Assembly (NCBI GenBank): GCA_963771175.1
Contig: CAVYSY010000040.1
Coordinates: 32,001-96,000 of the forward strand
Source of the DNA: an uncultured delta proteobacterium
GTDB taxonomy: Bacteria > Myxococcota > Myxococcia > Myxococcales > Myxococcaceae
Reading direction: 5' to 3'
DNA length: 64,000 nt
The notes below the pieces were generated by a model. The model was not told the DNA's origin. It did no database searches and was given only the letters and a program-made list of their open reading frames with translations. The translations under genes were made by a program, and so were the position numbers. Of the stretch, positions 42,062-52,892 are shown one piece after another (the stretch's first letter is position 1; each line of letters begins with the position of its first letter).

Positions 42062-44123
42062 ATGCGTTTCGTCTGCGATAGCTGCCGCGCGCAGTACATG
42101 ATTAGCGACGACAAGGTTGGCGCGAAGGGCGTCAAGGTTCGTTGCAAGAAGTGCGGCTACAACATCGTGGTGCGTCCAACCGGCTCCGAGCCGGCGAAGG
42201 ACGAGGGGACGGGCAGTGAGGCCGCGAGTGGTGCGGCTGCGTCCCAGGGTCAGTCCAAGAACGACGGCCTCGGGCTGCCCGCGACGCTGGGCACGCCTCC
42301 CGAGGGCGGCCTGTTCAGCGGTGTCGAGGAGGACGAGCTTGGTGCCGTGTTCGACCAGGTGCTCAACTCCGGGGCGCACAAGATTCCCGCGGGCGAGCCG
42401 GTCGGTGTCAAGCCGGCCCTGGTGGACATGGCCGTTGTCTCGGACGCGGGCGCGACGGTGCGCAAGCTCGTGGAGGCCGAGGCGGGGAGCGTGAAGACCT
42501 CCTCGCCACGAGTGGTTCGTCGCCATCGACGAGAAGCAGGTGGGCCCGCTCTCGATGGAGAAGGTGAAGGACCACTGGGACCGGGGTGAGGTCGGCCCGG
42601 ACAGCCTGTGCTGGCGCGCGGGCTTCAGCGACTGGATTCCGCTCTCGGAGGCCTCGGAGCTGGCGTCGGTGCTGGCGCCGCGCCCGACCAAGGCGGTCAT
42701 CGTGGCGCCCGCGCCGGTGGAGGCGCCCGCGCCGGTGGCCTCGGGGCCGGTGGAGTCCGCCTTCAGCGCCGGGGGTCTTTCGAAGTCGGCGAAGGCCGAG
42801 TCGCCGGTGGCCTCGGGGCCGTCCGCGACGCAGGAGTCTTCCGGCTGGAAGCCCTCGGCCGCGAGCGTGCTCGCCTCGCTGGTGAAGGAGGAGAACGATG
42901 CGCTGACGAAGCCGGCGCCCAAGGCCGCGCCGGTGGAGGAGAAGGCGAAGCCGGTGGTCTCGGGGCTGCTGGATCTGCCTCCGCCGGAGGCCGCGCCCGT
43001 GGCGGCGCCGAGCCCCATGAGGGCCGAGCCCGCCGCGCCCGCGCCGTATCTGGCGCCGCAGCCGGTGCCGCAGGCCTACGCGCCGCCGCACGCGCAGCAT
43101 CCGCAGCCGTACGCGCAGCAGATGCCGCAGGCCTACGCGCCGCATCCGGGGTACGGCTATCCGCCGGCCGCGCCCGCGCCGAAGCCGGGCGGCAAGATGG
43201 GGATGATCATCGGCCTGGCCGCGGGCGTGGTGTTGCTCGTCGGCGGGGCGGGGATCTTCCTGGCGACCCGGCCTTCCGAGCAGACGGGCACCGTGACGCC
43301 GCCCGCGGCGACGCAGCAGCAGGTGGTGGCACAGGCTCCGACGACTCAGCCGAAGCCGGCGGAGCTGCCGCCCATGCCGCCGCCTCCGGCGGGGGTGGCG
43401 CAGAACACCCCGGGCACGCCCGCGGGAGCCACGGCCCAGCCGAGCACGGCGCCGACGACTGCCCCCACGACTGCGCCCGCGGTGGCGGCGGCGGGGACTC
43501 CCGGGACGGCGCCGGCCGCGAACCCGACGACGCCTCCGCCCGCCGAGGTGAAGCCGGCCGAACAGCCCAAGACGGAGCCGCAGCAGGTGGCTCGCGTGGA
43601 TCCGCCGACCAAGCGAGTGCCCACGACCTCGAGCCGTCCTCCTCCCGCCGTTCGCAACACGAGCGAGGACGACGAGCCAGCCCCGCGCACCAAGCCGCCG
43701 CCCAAGAGTGGCGGGAGTGCGGATGACGAGTTCGATGAGCTCTTCGGGACGACGAAGAAGAGCACCAAGCCGGAGACCACGGGTCCCAACGGCCGTACGG
43801 CCTACATCCCGCCGGAGCCTGGCGGCGGTGGGGCGTCGCAGGAGCGGCTCGGACAGTCGGACATCATGCAGGTGGTGCTGGCGAACAAGCCGGCCATCGT
43901 GAAGTGCGTGAGCGAGCAGAAGAAGAAGGATCCGGGGTTGAGCGGCAAGCTGGTGATGCGCTGGGTGATCCAGACGAACGGCAAGACGAAGAACGTGTCG
44001 TGCCAGACGTCGGAGTTCCGCTCGACGTACATGGCGAGCTGCATCTCCGGGCTCATCAAGGGCTGGACCTTCCCGAAGCACAAGGTGCAGGGCGAGCCCA
44101 TCGACTTCCCGTTCACCTTCTAA
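42062..44123 (+). CDS. gltJ: Gliding motility protein GltJ/AgmX (Zn ribbon, GYF_2, TM, TonB-C-like); frameshift near 42506
   Basis: CDSC...CKKC; EWFVAIDEKQVGP...CWRAGFSDW; TM; C-terminal IVKC...WTFPKHK...FPFTF. Confidence 0.88.
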
Positions 44124-44132
44124 TAATCCGGA

Positions 44133-44181
44133 AAGCGGACGGTCAGCTTTCGAGTCAAACGTCTCGTACGACCGTCCGCTT
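44133..44181. repeat. 12-bp perfect inverted repeat after gltJ (possible terminator or mRNA stabiliser)
   Basis: AAGCGGACGGTC (44133-44144) and GACCGTCCGCTT (44170-44181). Confidence 0.6.
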
Positions 44182-44352
44182 CAGGAGTTGTTGAATTTGT
44201 TCCCGGAGGATGCGTCGAAGGGAGTGTCGACATTCGTTGACACGTCCGGAGCGGCGGGACTAAGCCGCGCGCTGCAGGACGGAGGGGGCGGCCTGACTGA
44301 GTGGCCGGAGGCCCGCCCCGAGCGACGTATCCATTCAGGAGGAAGTTGAAAC

Positions 44353-45305
44353 ATGCAGATTCGGAAGATGACGTTGATGCTCGCTGCATTGGGCGCGCTG
44401 AGCATGACGCTGACGGGTTGCCCCGAGGGTGATGGCCGCGAGAGCCTGACCTGTACTGACAACGCGGGCTGCCTCGAGAACGAGATCTGTCACCCGACCG
44501 CCAAGGTGTGCGTGCAGACCTGTACGGCTGGGGCGGACTGCCCCGATTCGTCGAAGACCTGCGAGGCGATCGGCGGCACGAGCGACCAGAGTGCCCAGAT
44601 GATCTGCAAGTGCAGCACGGATGCGCTGTGCCAGACTGACGAGCGCATCTCGGACGCGTCGACGCTGACGTGCTCCACCACCTCCAAGGTCTGTGTGCCG
44701 CCCGGGACGACGCCGGCGTGCACCACGAACGCGGACTGCACCGGGGGCCAGGTTTGCGACACGGCGACGGGCACCTGCAAGGCGCCGACCACGGGCGCCA
44801 CCTGCTCGGGTGAGGGCAAGAGCACCTGCAACTACGGCGAGTTCTGCAGCAGCAGCACGTGCGCGGCGGTGCCGTGCTCCCGACCTGCGAGAACTTCATC
44901 CAGAACGTCACCGCGCGTGCGAACTGCGGCACAGCACTGGTCCGATCATCTACAAGGTCACCACGTGAGCGCTACGCAGATGACTCCTTCTACTGCGACC
45001 GGGTTCCGCTCACGCCGATGCGGGTCAAGGTCACGCTGTCCGCCTACCGCAGCACGCCGCTGCCCCGACGACACGCGACGGCCTGATCTGGCCTCTTCTA
45101 CGTGACGACGGTGAATGGCAGCCAGATAGTCGGTCGCCAGCGCCTCATCAGTTCCGACCACTGGGTACTAATCGCAGCACCGAGCAACCTGCAAGGATGC
45201 TGAGTTCACATGTCTTCTGTGCCGTTGCGCAGCTCGCACGACCCTTCGCTGGGCTTCTACTTCACGAACGGTAACTCCGGTCTGCTGCCAGTCAACTACC
45301 AGTGA
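44353..45305 (+). CDS. Cys-rich repeat lipoprotein; 3' half broken by several indels, end approximate
   Basis: AGGAGG RBS; lipobox LTGC; repeated C-x3-(A)DC-x4/5-C-x6-C units. Confidence 0.65.
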
Positions 45306-45535
45306 TGTCGTGAGCGTGCTGGTTGTAGGTACGCCTACATCTGAGGGTCTTCGGAACCCCATCCAGCGCTTCCCGGGGTGGGGCTTCGTCATTCATGATG
45401 GTTCCTCGCCATCAACCCATCCGCAAGATTGATGGCCTGGTCAGGTCAAGTCGGCGCTGAATATCCCGTGCGAGCGGCGTCTTTTAAACTGACGCAGCGG
45501 CGATCGCCGTGGCGCTCAGACGAAAGGAGAAGCTC

Positions 45536-46048
45536 ATGATGCCTCAAGAAGTGCAGACCCAGGTCCTTGGGCGTGGTTGCTGCTGCCGCGTTGGCTCTGT
45601 GTCCGAGGGACGGACGCCCAGCGTGCGACGAGCCCACAAGCTGAACTGCCCTGCGGGAACGAAGCAGTTCGAGCAGTGCCGACGGCAAGGTCCGGACTCT
45701 GTGGCGTGCGTGAAGGCCGAAGGACGGGCTGCAGCCCGCATGGCCCTACGTCTCGTGCTACCCCAACGGCGCAGAAGCAGTCGGAGGGCCAGTACGAGGA
45801 CGGCTTCCGTCCGGGCCTCTGGACCTTCTATCGACGAGCAGGGGCAGCAAGACCGGGCGCACGCGAGTTCCAGCGCGAGCAACTACCACGGCAAGCGTCG
45901 TGGAACTGCATCGCGAATGGCAAGCCGCGTCAGGTCGAGGAGTACGCGGACGGCAAGCGTCAACGGCCTCGTCCAGGAGTTCTCCGCGGACGGCAAGCTC
46001 GTGCGCCAGGCCCAGTACCGCGATGACCGCGAGGTTGCTGCCAAGTAG
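45536..46048 (+). CDS. MORN-variant (YwqK-like) repeat protein, frameshifted
   Basis: AAGGAG RBS; fragments QKQSEGQYEDG, GLWTFY, NGKPRQVEEYADGK and NGLVQEFSADGKL in alternating frames. Confidence 0.6.
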   Translation: MMPQEVQTQVLGRGCCCRVGSVSEGRTPSVRRAHKLNCPAGTKQFEQCRRQGPDSVACVKAEGRAAARMALRLVLPQRRRSSRRASTRTASVRASGPSIDEQGQQDRAHASSSASNYHGKRRGTASRMASRVRSRSTRTASVNGLVQEFSADGKLVRQAQYRDDREVAAK

Positions 46049-46073
46049 CGAGCTGACCTCGCATGTGACTCCC

Positions 46074-46112
46074 CGAGGGCCCTCCCCAAGCGGGCGAGGG
46101 CCCTTCGCTTTT
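46074..46112 (+). terminator. Intrinsic terminator
   Basis: GAGGGCCCTC-CCCAAGCGGGC-GAGGGCCCTTC followed by GCTTTT. Confidence 0.6.
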
Positions 46113-46158
46113 CCGGAGGCCCTTCCCTCCGTGTACGGGCTCGGCTAGAAGCCCAAGC

Positions 46159-47259
46159 GTGAAGGCCAAGCCCACTAGTCCACAGTTGCCCGATATCCCT
46201 GTTTGCGCCGTGGCGGACATGGGCCTCCGCGAACTTGAGCGCATCCGGCTCATCCTCCGGGGTGGCTCGGTCATCGACTGGCGGCGGATGCACTTCCAGA
46301 CGCGGGACGAGGTCGACCGCTTCCTCCGCCTCTGCCAGATCGACACCTCTCGACCCCATGACGAGGCATGGGCCCGCACGGTGCTGGCCGACGCCGTCGA
46401 GTACCTGCGTCGTACCTTTGATTACCGAGTGGCGGATGCAGTGGCGAGCCCCGAGGAGATCCACGATCTCTTCCTCTATGCCTCCGGCGTGAAGGGGCTG
46501 CCGAGACACCGACGCATCGCGTGCATCGTGCTCAAGGTGATGCACGTCCTCCAGCACATCGAGGGGCGGGACCTGATGCACCGGCTGGCGGTCTCCGAGG
46601 CGGAGCTATCCGAGCTGGTGACCGCAAAGGTGCTGAGCACTGCTCAACTGCTGCAGGACAAAGGATTGCAAGTCGTCGAGTTCGCGCACTCGATCAAGAC
46701 GCGCGAGTCCCTCATCACCAAGCTGCTGGCCAAGAAGGAAACGGTCGCGGCCCAAATCTATGACCGGACGCGCTTCCGCATCATCACTCGGACACGGGCG
46801 GACATCCTCCCCGTTCTCTATTTCCTGACGCAGCACCTCTTCCCCTTCAACTTCGTCGTCCCTGGGCAGACCGAGAACACGCTCATTGCGTTCAAGGAGG
46901 TGCTCACGGAGAACCCACACCTCAAGCAGTACGCCCAGCAGCTCCACCTGGATCTCGACTACGAGGACCGCGAGGATCGCACGCGCAACCTGTTCTCCGG
47001 GAACACCTACCGGGCGCTGAACTTCGTCGTGGACGTGCCGGTCCGGATGGATGCGTACCTGCCGTCACCGGAAGAGGACACGCGCGAGCGGAAGAACCGG
47101 ACGGTCTTCACCCTCGTGGAGTTCCAAATCATCGACGAGGAAACCGCTCGCCAGAATGAGGAAGGGGAGAACGCCCACAAGCTCTACAAGCGCCGGCAGA
47201 AGCGGCGTGTGCTGCGCCGCCTCTCCCGCGGCCTCGTGGTGCCAAAGCGACAAGGCTGA
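46159..47259 (+). CDS. TIGR04552-like protein with a RelA/SpoT-synthetase-like core
   Basis: GGSVIDW; IKTRESLITKLLAKK, IYDRTRFRI, YRALNF and VEFQI. Confidence 0.75.
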   Translation: MKAKPTSPQLPDIPVCAVADMGLRELERIRLILRGGSVIDWRRMHFQTRDEVDRFLRLCQIDTSRPHDEAWARTVLADAVEYLRRTFDYRVADAVASPEEIHDLFLYASGVKGLPRHRRIACIVLKVMHVLQHIEGRDLMHRLAVSEAELSELVTAKVLSTAQLLQDKGLQVVEFAHSIKTRESLITKLLAKKETVAAQIYDRTRFRIITRTRADILPVLYFLTQHLFPFNFVVPGQTENTLIAFKEVLTENPHLKQYAQQLHLDLDYEDREDRTRNLFSGNTYRALNFVVDVPVRMDAYLPSPEEDTRERKNRTVFTLVEFQIIDEETARQNEEGENAHKLYKRRQKRRVLRRLSRGLVVPKRQG

Positions 47260-47292
47260 ACCCGATACGGCAGGAGCGTACAGGCTACTTTT

Positions 47293-48642
47293 TCAGGGAT
47301 ACTCGTACGTCACTTCGAGCTCGGCCAACTTGGGTTGGGTCTCGACGTCAGAGAACAGCATGTCGTTGGCATTATTTCCATCGCTATTCTTTTCGAACCT
47401 GAGCCGGAACTGAGTCCGTTTGTTCGCGGTTTGCTCGATCGGCCCAATCTTTTCCGAGCAGGGAGGTGATGTCAAATCTGCCATGCGTTGTGGCGACATC
47501 GGTTGGGACGACGATTGAAGAACTCAGAGGTATGGTATGATAATCGGCTGACAGCCGCAGGATTATCACTGGTGTCCTCGATGCCCGTGTAATCGAGTTG
47601 GTCTCCGATGTTGACCTGCTCAAGAAGAAGGTTGCCGAACTTCGTGAAGGGTTCTCCCTGCTGTCCACTCACCCACCATTTCAGGGTGCCTTGGGTGATA
47701 CGGATCGTGTTGTCCGGCAATGCGTCGAACTTGAATCCGATGAATAGTCGATAGGTGTTGTTGTCATACCCATCGCCAAGGGTTTCGAAATTGTAGGTGG
47801 GTGCTCTCCGGTATAGTTTGGCGATTCCAGTGAGCCGCTCGTTTGAGGATCGAAATTGATGGTGGTGGTATTCGTCCTGAGCGTACGGAAGGTTCCAGTG
47901 AGTGCTGGCTGAAGCGCATTGCCTGCGGCATCCTTCGCTGTCATTGACACTTGCCAGTTGATGTCGACGCCATATCCAAAGTTGGTGTTGGGTTTGAAGC
48001 TCATCTCCGTTCCGGCCTCATTCCAGGTGAAGACACCCGAGTTGAAGCCTATAGGTGACGTAATTGCGAAAGCATTCTGCACGGAATCCTTGTTCATGGG
48101 TTCCGAAAAGAGAACCGTGATTGAATCCATGCGCTCAACACCCGTTGCCAAGTTGTCCGGGACGAAGCCGAGAGGGGTTGGCGGCGTGGTGTCTGGTGCT
48201 GGGCCCGTGGTGCTGAAGGAGAATGATTCGAGTCCCAGTGAGCTCGTTTCCCGCCACGTCCTTGCCAACAACGGTGAGGGTGTAGGGGGCGTTCTGCGCC
48301 AGGCTTGTCGAGGGCTGGATGACCAACCGGGTGTTTCCGGCCGACCACGTAGGCGCTCCGAGCTGCACCGAGGGATTGATGGCGACCTGAACGGTGTCGA
48401 TGTTCATGGGCTCGGAGAACTCGAACTCCAGCCCGGTATTGAGTGCGACGTTCGTGGAGCTGCTGGCGGGAGTGCTGCGAGTGATGTTCGGGACGCACCG
48501 TATCTTCGGAGTTTCCTCCATCCGGCTGCGTGGTTGTGGGCGTACCCGAATCAGGGGTGCTGGGTTCGATCTCCGGCACGTTGATGCATGCGGAAATCAA
48601 CCCGATGAGGACCAGGGGGATGTAGCGTTTGTTGGTTGGCAT
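47293..48642 (-). CDS. Lower-GC lipoprotein with two bacterial Ig-like (Big_5-type) domains; several frameshifts
   Basis: MPTNKRYIPLVLIGLISAC lipobox; two FSEPMN...D.AGN units; DTTPP linker; ends LEVTYEYP. Confidence 0.65.
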
Positions 48643-48906
48643 GCTGCTCCGCAGTGCAGGGCCTGTTCCAGGCTCCTGCGGCTGAGTTTCGGGTCCTCAC
48701 GCGCGCGTAAGCCCCCAAAACGACTCGTGGAGAATGCCTCAACCCTACCTGTGCCGAGAAATCGGATCAGGAGTCCCTCATCCCGTACGCTGGACTCACC
48801 GTCCACGGGTTGGACCCTTGTCCCGAAAACACCAGCGCCGCTCCTGGCAGCCCTCTGTGGGGCTCCCCGAGCGGCGCGTGCGTGGCGCTCCTGGTCGGAG
48901 CGGCGG

Positions 48907-50547
48907 CTACTTCTTCTTCCGGTTCTTCTTCTTGTTTTCCTTCTCGCGCTTGCGGCGCTCCTTGATGGCGTCCTTGTTCTCGGGCTTGGCTGCCGAGGGC
49001 GGGGCGTAGCCCATCATGCGCGCCTTGGCCATGGCCGCCTGGCCCATGGGCGCCGTGTAGCCCGGGGCGATCTGCGGCAGCTGCATCGGCATGCCGCCCA
49101 TGCCCATCCCGGCCATCGCCTTCTCCATCATCTTCGGGTCCTTCCCGAACATGCTGGACAGGTCCATGTTCTTCATCTGCGCCAGCTGGCCCATCTGCCG
49201 GAAGCCGGGGATCCGCCCCAGCAGACCCGGGTTCTGGCCGATCGTCCCCATCACCTGCTGCATCATCCCGAACTTCTGCAGCAGCTCGCGCACTTCCTCC
49301 GTCTTGCGGCCGCTGCCCTTCGCGATGCGCTTCACCCGGCTGTCGGTGATCAGGTTCGGACGCAGCCGCTCCTGCTCCGTCATCGAGTCGTACATCGACT
49401 CGATCTTCGTCAGCTCCTTCTCGTCCGGGTTGAGCTGCTCGGTCATCTCGCCGAAGAGCGGGAACTTCTCCAGCAGGTCCTTCAGCGGACCCATCTTCCG
49501 CACCATGCGGATCTGCTCGACGAAGTCCTTCATCGTGAAGTTGCCCGAGAGGAGCTTCTGCGCGTCCTCCGCGGCCTTCTTCTCGTCGACGACTCCCTCG
49601 AAGTCCTTCATCAGGCCGACGATGTCGCCGAAGCCCAGGATCCGGCTGGCGAGCCCGTCCGGACGGAACTCCTCGAGCTTGTCCATCGACTCGCCCATGC
49701 CCAGGAACTTGATGGGCTTGCCCGTCACCTCCTTGATGGACAGCGCCGCGCCACCACGCGCATCACCGTCCAGCTTGGTGAGGATGAAGCCGTCCAGGCT
49801 CAGCCGCCGGTCGAACTCGGCCGCCGTGCGCACCGCGTCCTGGCCGATCATCGCGTCGCACACCAGCAGGATGTTGTCCGGCCGGACGTTGGCCTTGATG
49901 GCCTCCAGCTCGGTCATCAGCGCCTCGTCGATGGCCAGACGACCCGCCGTGTCGATGAGCACCACGTCGCACTTCTGCTCGCGCGCCGCGGCGTACCCAC
50001 GCTTCGCCAGTTCCGGCGGCGGCACGTTGGGCTCGAAGTACACCGGCACCTTCAGCCGCTCGCCCAGCACCTTGAGCTGGTCCACGGCCGCCGGACGGTA
50101 GATGTCCGCCGCCACGAGCAGGGGCTTGCGACCCTCCTTCAGCAGCTTGCTGGCGAGCTTGCCCGTGGTCGTCGTCTTACCCGAGCCCTGCAGGCCCACC
50201 ATCATGATGCCGCTGACCTGGTCCTTGGGCTTGAGCTGGATGCTCGTGTCCACCGGACCCATCAGGGCCTCGAGCTCGTCGTGGCAGATCTTGACGAAGT
50301 GGTCGCCCGCCGAGACGCGGTGCTTGCGGCCGGCCTTGTCGGTGATGGTGGTCTGCACCACCTCGCCGACGGCCTTCTCGCGCACCCGCGCGACGAACTT
50401 CTTCACCACATCGAAGGCGACGTCGGCCTCGAGCAGGGAGACGCGGATGTCGCGGAGCGACTCATCCACCATCTCGGGGGTGATCTCACTCTTGCCCGCA
50501 AGGCGGTTCTTGGCGGCTCGGAAGCCCTTGGCGACGGTTTCAAGCAT
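48907..50547 (-). CDS. ffh: Signal recognition particle protein Ffh
   Basis: GLQGSGKTTT, DIYRPAA, DTAGR, TKLDGDARGG and a Met-rich M domain. Confidence 0.97.
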   Translation of the reverse strand: MLETVAKGFRAAKNRLAGKSEITPEMVDESLRDIRVSLLEADVAFDVVKKFVARVREKAVGEVVQTTITDKAGRKHRVSAGDHFVKICHDELEALMGPVDTSIQLKPKDQVSGIMMVGLQGSGKTTTTGKLASKLLKEGRKPLLVAADIYRPAAVDQLKVLGERLKVPVYFEPNVPPPELAKRGYAAAREQKCDVVLIDTAGRLAIDEALMTELEAIKANVRPDNILLVCDAMIGQDAVRTAAEFDRRLSLDGFILTKLDGDARGGAALSIKEVTGKPIKFLGMGESMDKLEEFRPDGLASRILGFGDIVGLMKDFEGVVDEKKAAEDAQKLLSGNFTMKDFVEQIRMVRKMGPLKDLLEKFPLFGEMTEQLNPDEKELTKIESMYDSMTEQERLRPNLITDSRVKRIAKGSGRKTEEVRELLQKFGMMQQVMGTIGQNPGLLGRIPGFRQMGQLAQMKNMDLSSMFGKDPKMMEKAMAGMGMGGMPMQLPQIAPGYTAPMGQAAMAKARMMGYAPPSAAKPENKDAIKERRKREKENKKKNRKKK

Positions 50548-50636
50548 GGCGGTCGCTATATAACAGCGGCGGCGTGGACGGGATGCCCATGTGCGTTGCA
50601 GTCGTCCCCCGGTTGAGAGAAGGTGTCCAGGCCTCG

Positions 50637-50722
50637 GCACGAGTGGCGAAACTGGCAGACGCAGCGGACTTAAAATCCGCTGGCCCGAAGGGGCCGTCCG
50701 GGTTCGATCCCCGGCTCGTGCA
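50637..50722 (+). tRNA. tRNA-Leu (anticodon TAA), CCA not encoded
   Basis: Acceptor GCACGAG/CTCGTGC, discriminator A; anticodon arm GCGGA-CTTAAAA-TCCGC; long variable arm; GGTTCGATCC T-loop. Confidence 0.95.
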
Positions 50723-50881
50723 TCCCGCTCCCCTGGGGGGCGGTCAGGTGGGTATCGGACAGTGGGGCCTCCCCGAGGAGCCTCTCCACGGGGAAGCATG
50801 TCCGCCCCGGGTGCTGTTCGATGAATGCGTGCTTGCGTCGCCGGGGGAAGTCGGCTACTTACCCACCCGCTGTCGCTGCCT

Positions 50882-50955
<74 letters not shown>

Positions 50956-50960
50956 CATGT

Positions 50961-51000
50961 GAGGGTCGGGAGCCTTCGGGTTCCCGGCCCTCTCTGTTTT
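50961..51000 (+). terminator. Intrinsic terminator after the tRNAs
   Basis: GAGGGTCGGGAGCC-TTCG-GGTTCCCGGCCCTC followed by TCTGTTTT (cUUCGg loop). Confidence 0.8.
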
Positions 51001-52328
51001 CAGCCCTCGGACGTCTCCCGAGGGGGCGGCAGGTGGATGCGCACCAGGCGCACCCGGCGCGGACTCGCGTCGAGCACCTCCAGCACCGTCCCGTCCTCCA
51101 GCGTCAGCTTCGCGCCCTTCTCGGGAATGGCCCCGGCCTCCACCGCGCACAGGCCTCCCAGCGTGGACCAGCCCTGGCCCTCCTCCAGCTCCAGTCCCAG
51201 TTCCCGGTTCACGTCCCGGATCGCCGCCGTGCCCTGTACCACCGCCGTGGTGGGACTCTCCCGCTGGAGGAGCTCCTCGGGCTTCTCGAACTCGCTGGAG
51301 ATGTCGCCCACCAGCTCCTCGACCAGGTCCTCCACCGTCACCAGCCCCGCTACGCCCCCCCGCTCGTCCACCACGATGCCGAGCTGCATCCGCCTCCGCT
51401 GCAGCTCCTTCAGCGCGTCGATGGCGCTCATCGACTCGAAGGCGAACCAGGGCGAGCGCATCACGTCCTCGAGCACGATGAGCTGGCCCTCCCAGGCCAC
51501 CCCCAGCAGGTCCTTCGCGATGACGTAGCCCACGATGTTGTCGAGCGACCCCTCGTACACCGGCATCCGCGAGTGCCCGTGCTCCAGCAGCACCTGCCTG
51601 ATCTCCTCCGCGCTCGCGTGCCGGCGCAGCGCCACCATGCGGCTGCGCGGCACCATCACCGCCGACAGCGGGATGTTTGCCAGCTCGAACGCCCGGGAGG
51701 CAATCTCCCCGGTCCGGGGATCCAACGAGCCCGACTTCGCCGCCTCCTCCACCAGTTGCTGCAGCTCGTCCGGAGACAGGCGCGACTCGCTGAAGGTGGT
51801 CCGGTCCCCGAAGAAGCGCAGCAGGACGTTGGAGCTGGCCGTGAGGAACCAGACCAGCGGCTTCATCAGCCAGGAGAGCCCGCGCAGCGGGCGGGCGATG
51901 ACCAGCGCGTAGCCCTCGGAGAAGCGCAGGGCCAGGGACTTGGGCACCAGCTCGCCCAGCACCAGCGAGAGATAGGAGACCAGGCCCACCACCAGCGCGA
52001 AGGCCACCTGCTCCGCGAGTCTCGCCTGGAGCCCCAGCCCGGTGAGGACCGGCGCCAGACGCTGGGCGATGGAGGCTCCGCCGAAGGCCGCCGCGCTGGC
52101 TCCCACCACGGTGATGCCGATCTGCACCGTCGCCAGGAAGCGCTCGGGATCGTCCCGCAGCGCCTGCACCGCCCGGGCGGAGCTGCTGCCCTCGTCGAGC
52201 AGCTCCCGCAGTCGCGTCTTGCGCACCGACAGCAGGGCCAGCTCGGCCCCCGAGAAGATCCCGTTGGCCAGGATCAGCAACAGGATGATGACGAATTCGA
52301 TCGCGATGGCTGCCTGTCCTCCAAGCAC
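51000..52328 (-). CDS. HlyC/CorC (CNNM) family membrane protein with CBS domains
   Basis: NGIFSGAELAL, FLATVQIGIT, GELVPK, HSRMPVY and VTVEDLVEELVG; start uncertain. Confidence 0.92.
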   Translation of the reverse strand: MLGGQAAIAIEFVIILLLILANGIFSGAELALLSVRKTRLRELLDEGSSSARAVQALRDDPERFLATVQIGITVVGASAAAFGGASIAQRLAPVLTGLGLQARLAEQVAFALVVGLVSYLSLVLGELVPKSLALRFSEGYALVIARPLRGLSWLMKPLVWFLTASSNVLLRFFGDRTTFSESRLSPDELQQLVEEAAKSGSLDPRTGEIASRAFELANIPLSAVMVPRSRMVALRRHASAEEIRQVLLEHGHSRMPVYEGSLDNIVGYVIAKDLLGVAWEGQLIVLEDVMRSPWFAFESMSAIDALKELQRRRMQLGIVVDERGGVAGLVTVEDLVEELVGDISSEFEKPEELLQRESPTTAVVQGTAAIRDVNRELGLELEEGQGWSTLGGLCAVEAGAIPEKGAKLTLEDGTVLEVLDASPRRVRLVRIHLPPPRETSEG

Positions 52329-52416
52329 CCTCTATAGCAACCCCAGCCGGTCCCGGAGCCTCGAAGCTTCGCGAGTATCCTTTTGGGATTCTGGGAGCCC
52401 GGGTCGCGGCGGCCCG

Positions 52417-52797
52417 TCAGGCGTCCAGCGACTGGAGCAGGAGCGAGAGTTGGTCCCGGCTGGCGCCCTTGGGCAGGTAGTAGTGCGGCCCGGTGCGGAG
52501 CGCACCGCCCACGTCCTGGGCCGCTGCGGAGGTGAGGAACACCACACGGGGCGGGCTGCCGTTGCGCGGCATCCGCTCCAGCACCTCGAAGCCGTTCATC
52601 CCAGGCATGTTGAGGTCCAGCAGCATCACGCCGCAGCGTTGCCGGGCGAGCGAGTCCAGGGCCTCCTGACCGTTCGCGGCCTCGATGGTCTCGTAGCCGA
52701 GATCCTCGAGACACAATTTGAGGAACTCCCGCCAGTCCGCGTCATCATCAACGACCAGTACCTTGCGCGTGTCGTCCTCCGAACTCCTTCGACCCAA
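52417..52797 (-). CDS. Single-domain response regulator (receiver)
   Basis: VLVVDDD, LLDLNMPGMNG, FLTS and YLPK; TTG start after AGGAGG. Confidence 0.85.
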   Translation of the reverse strand: MGRRSSEDDTRKVLVVDDDADWREFLKLCLEDLGYETIEAANGQEALDSLARQRCGVMLLDLNMPGMNGFEVLERMPRNGSPPRVVFLTSAAAQDVGGALRTGPHYYLPKGASRDQLSLLLQSLDA

Positions 52798-52892
52798 GTG
52801 TCCTCCTGGCACGTGGGTACAACCTTCCGAGAAAAAGGCGCCATTCACCCGGGCAGCAGGCTCGCTCGGAGGGCAGGGGAGGGGACAGCCGC

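Noticed and set aside
19388..44123. Pseudogenisation or programmed frameshifting of the glt genes
   Set aside because: Indels also hit unrelated genes such as phoU, often fall in homopolymer runs and cluster regionally, so sequencing error is the simpler explanation.
45536..46048. Toxin-antitoxin system suggested by the YwqK-like gene
   Set aside because: No toxin gene is recognisable nearby, and MORN-variant repeats are common in non-TA proteins.
48907..49200. Long Met/Gly-rich and Lys-rich C-terminal tail of Ffh as a novel domain
   Set aside because: It fits ordinary M-domain tail extensions; nothing indicates a separate function.
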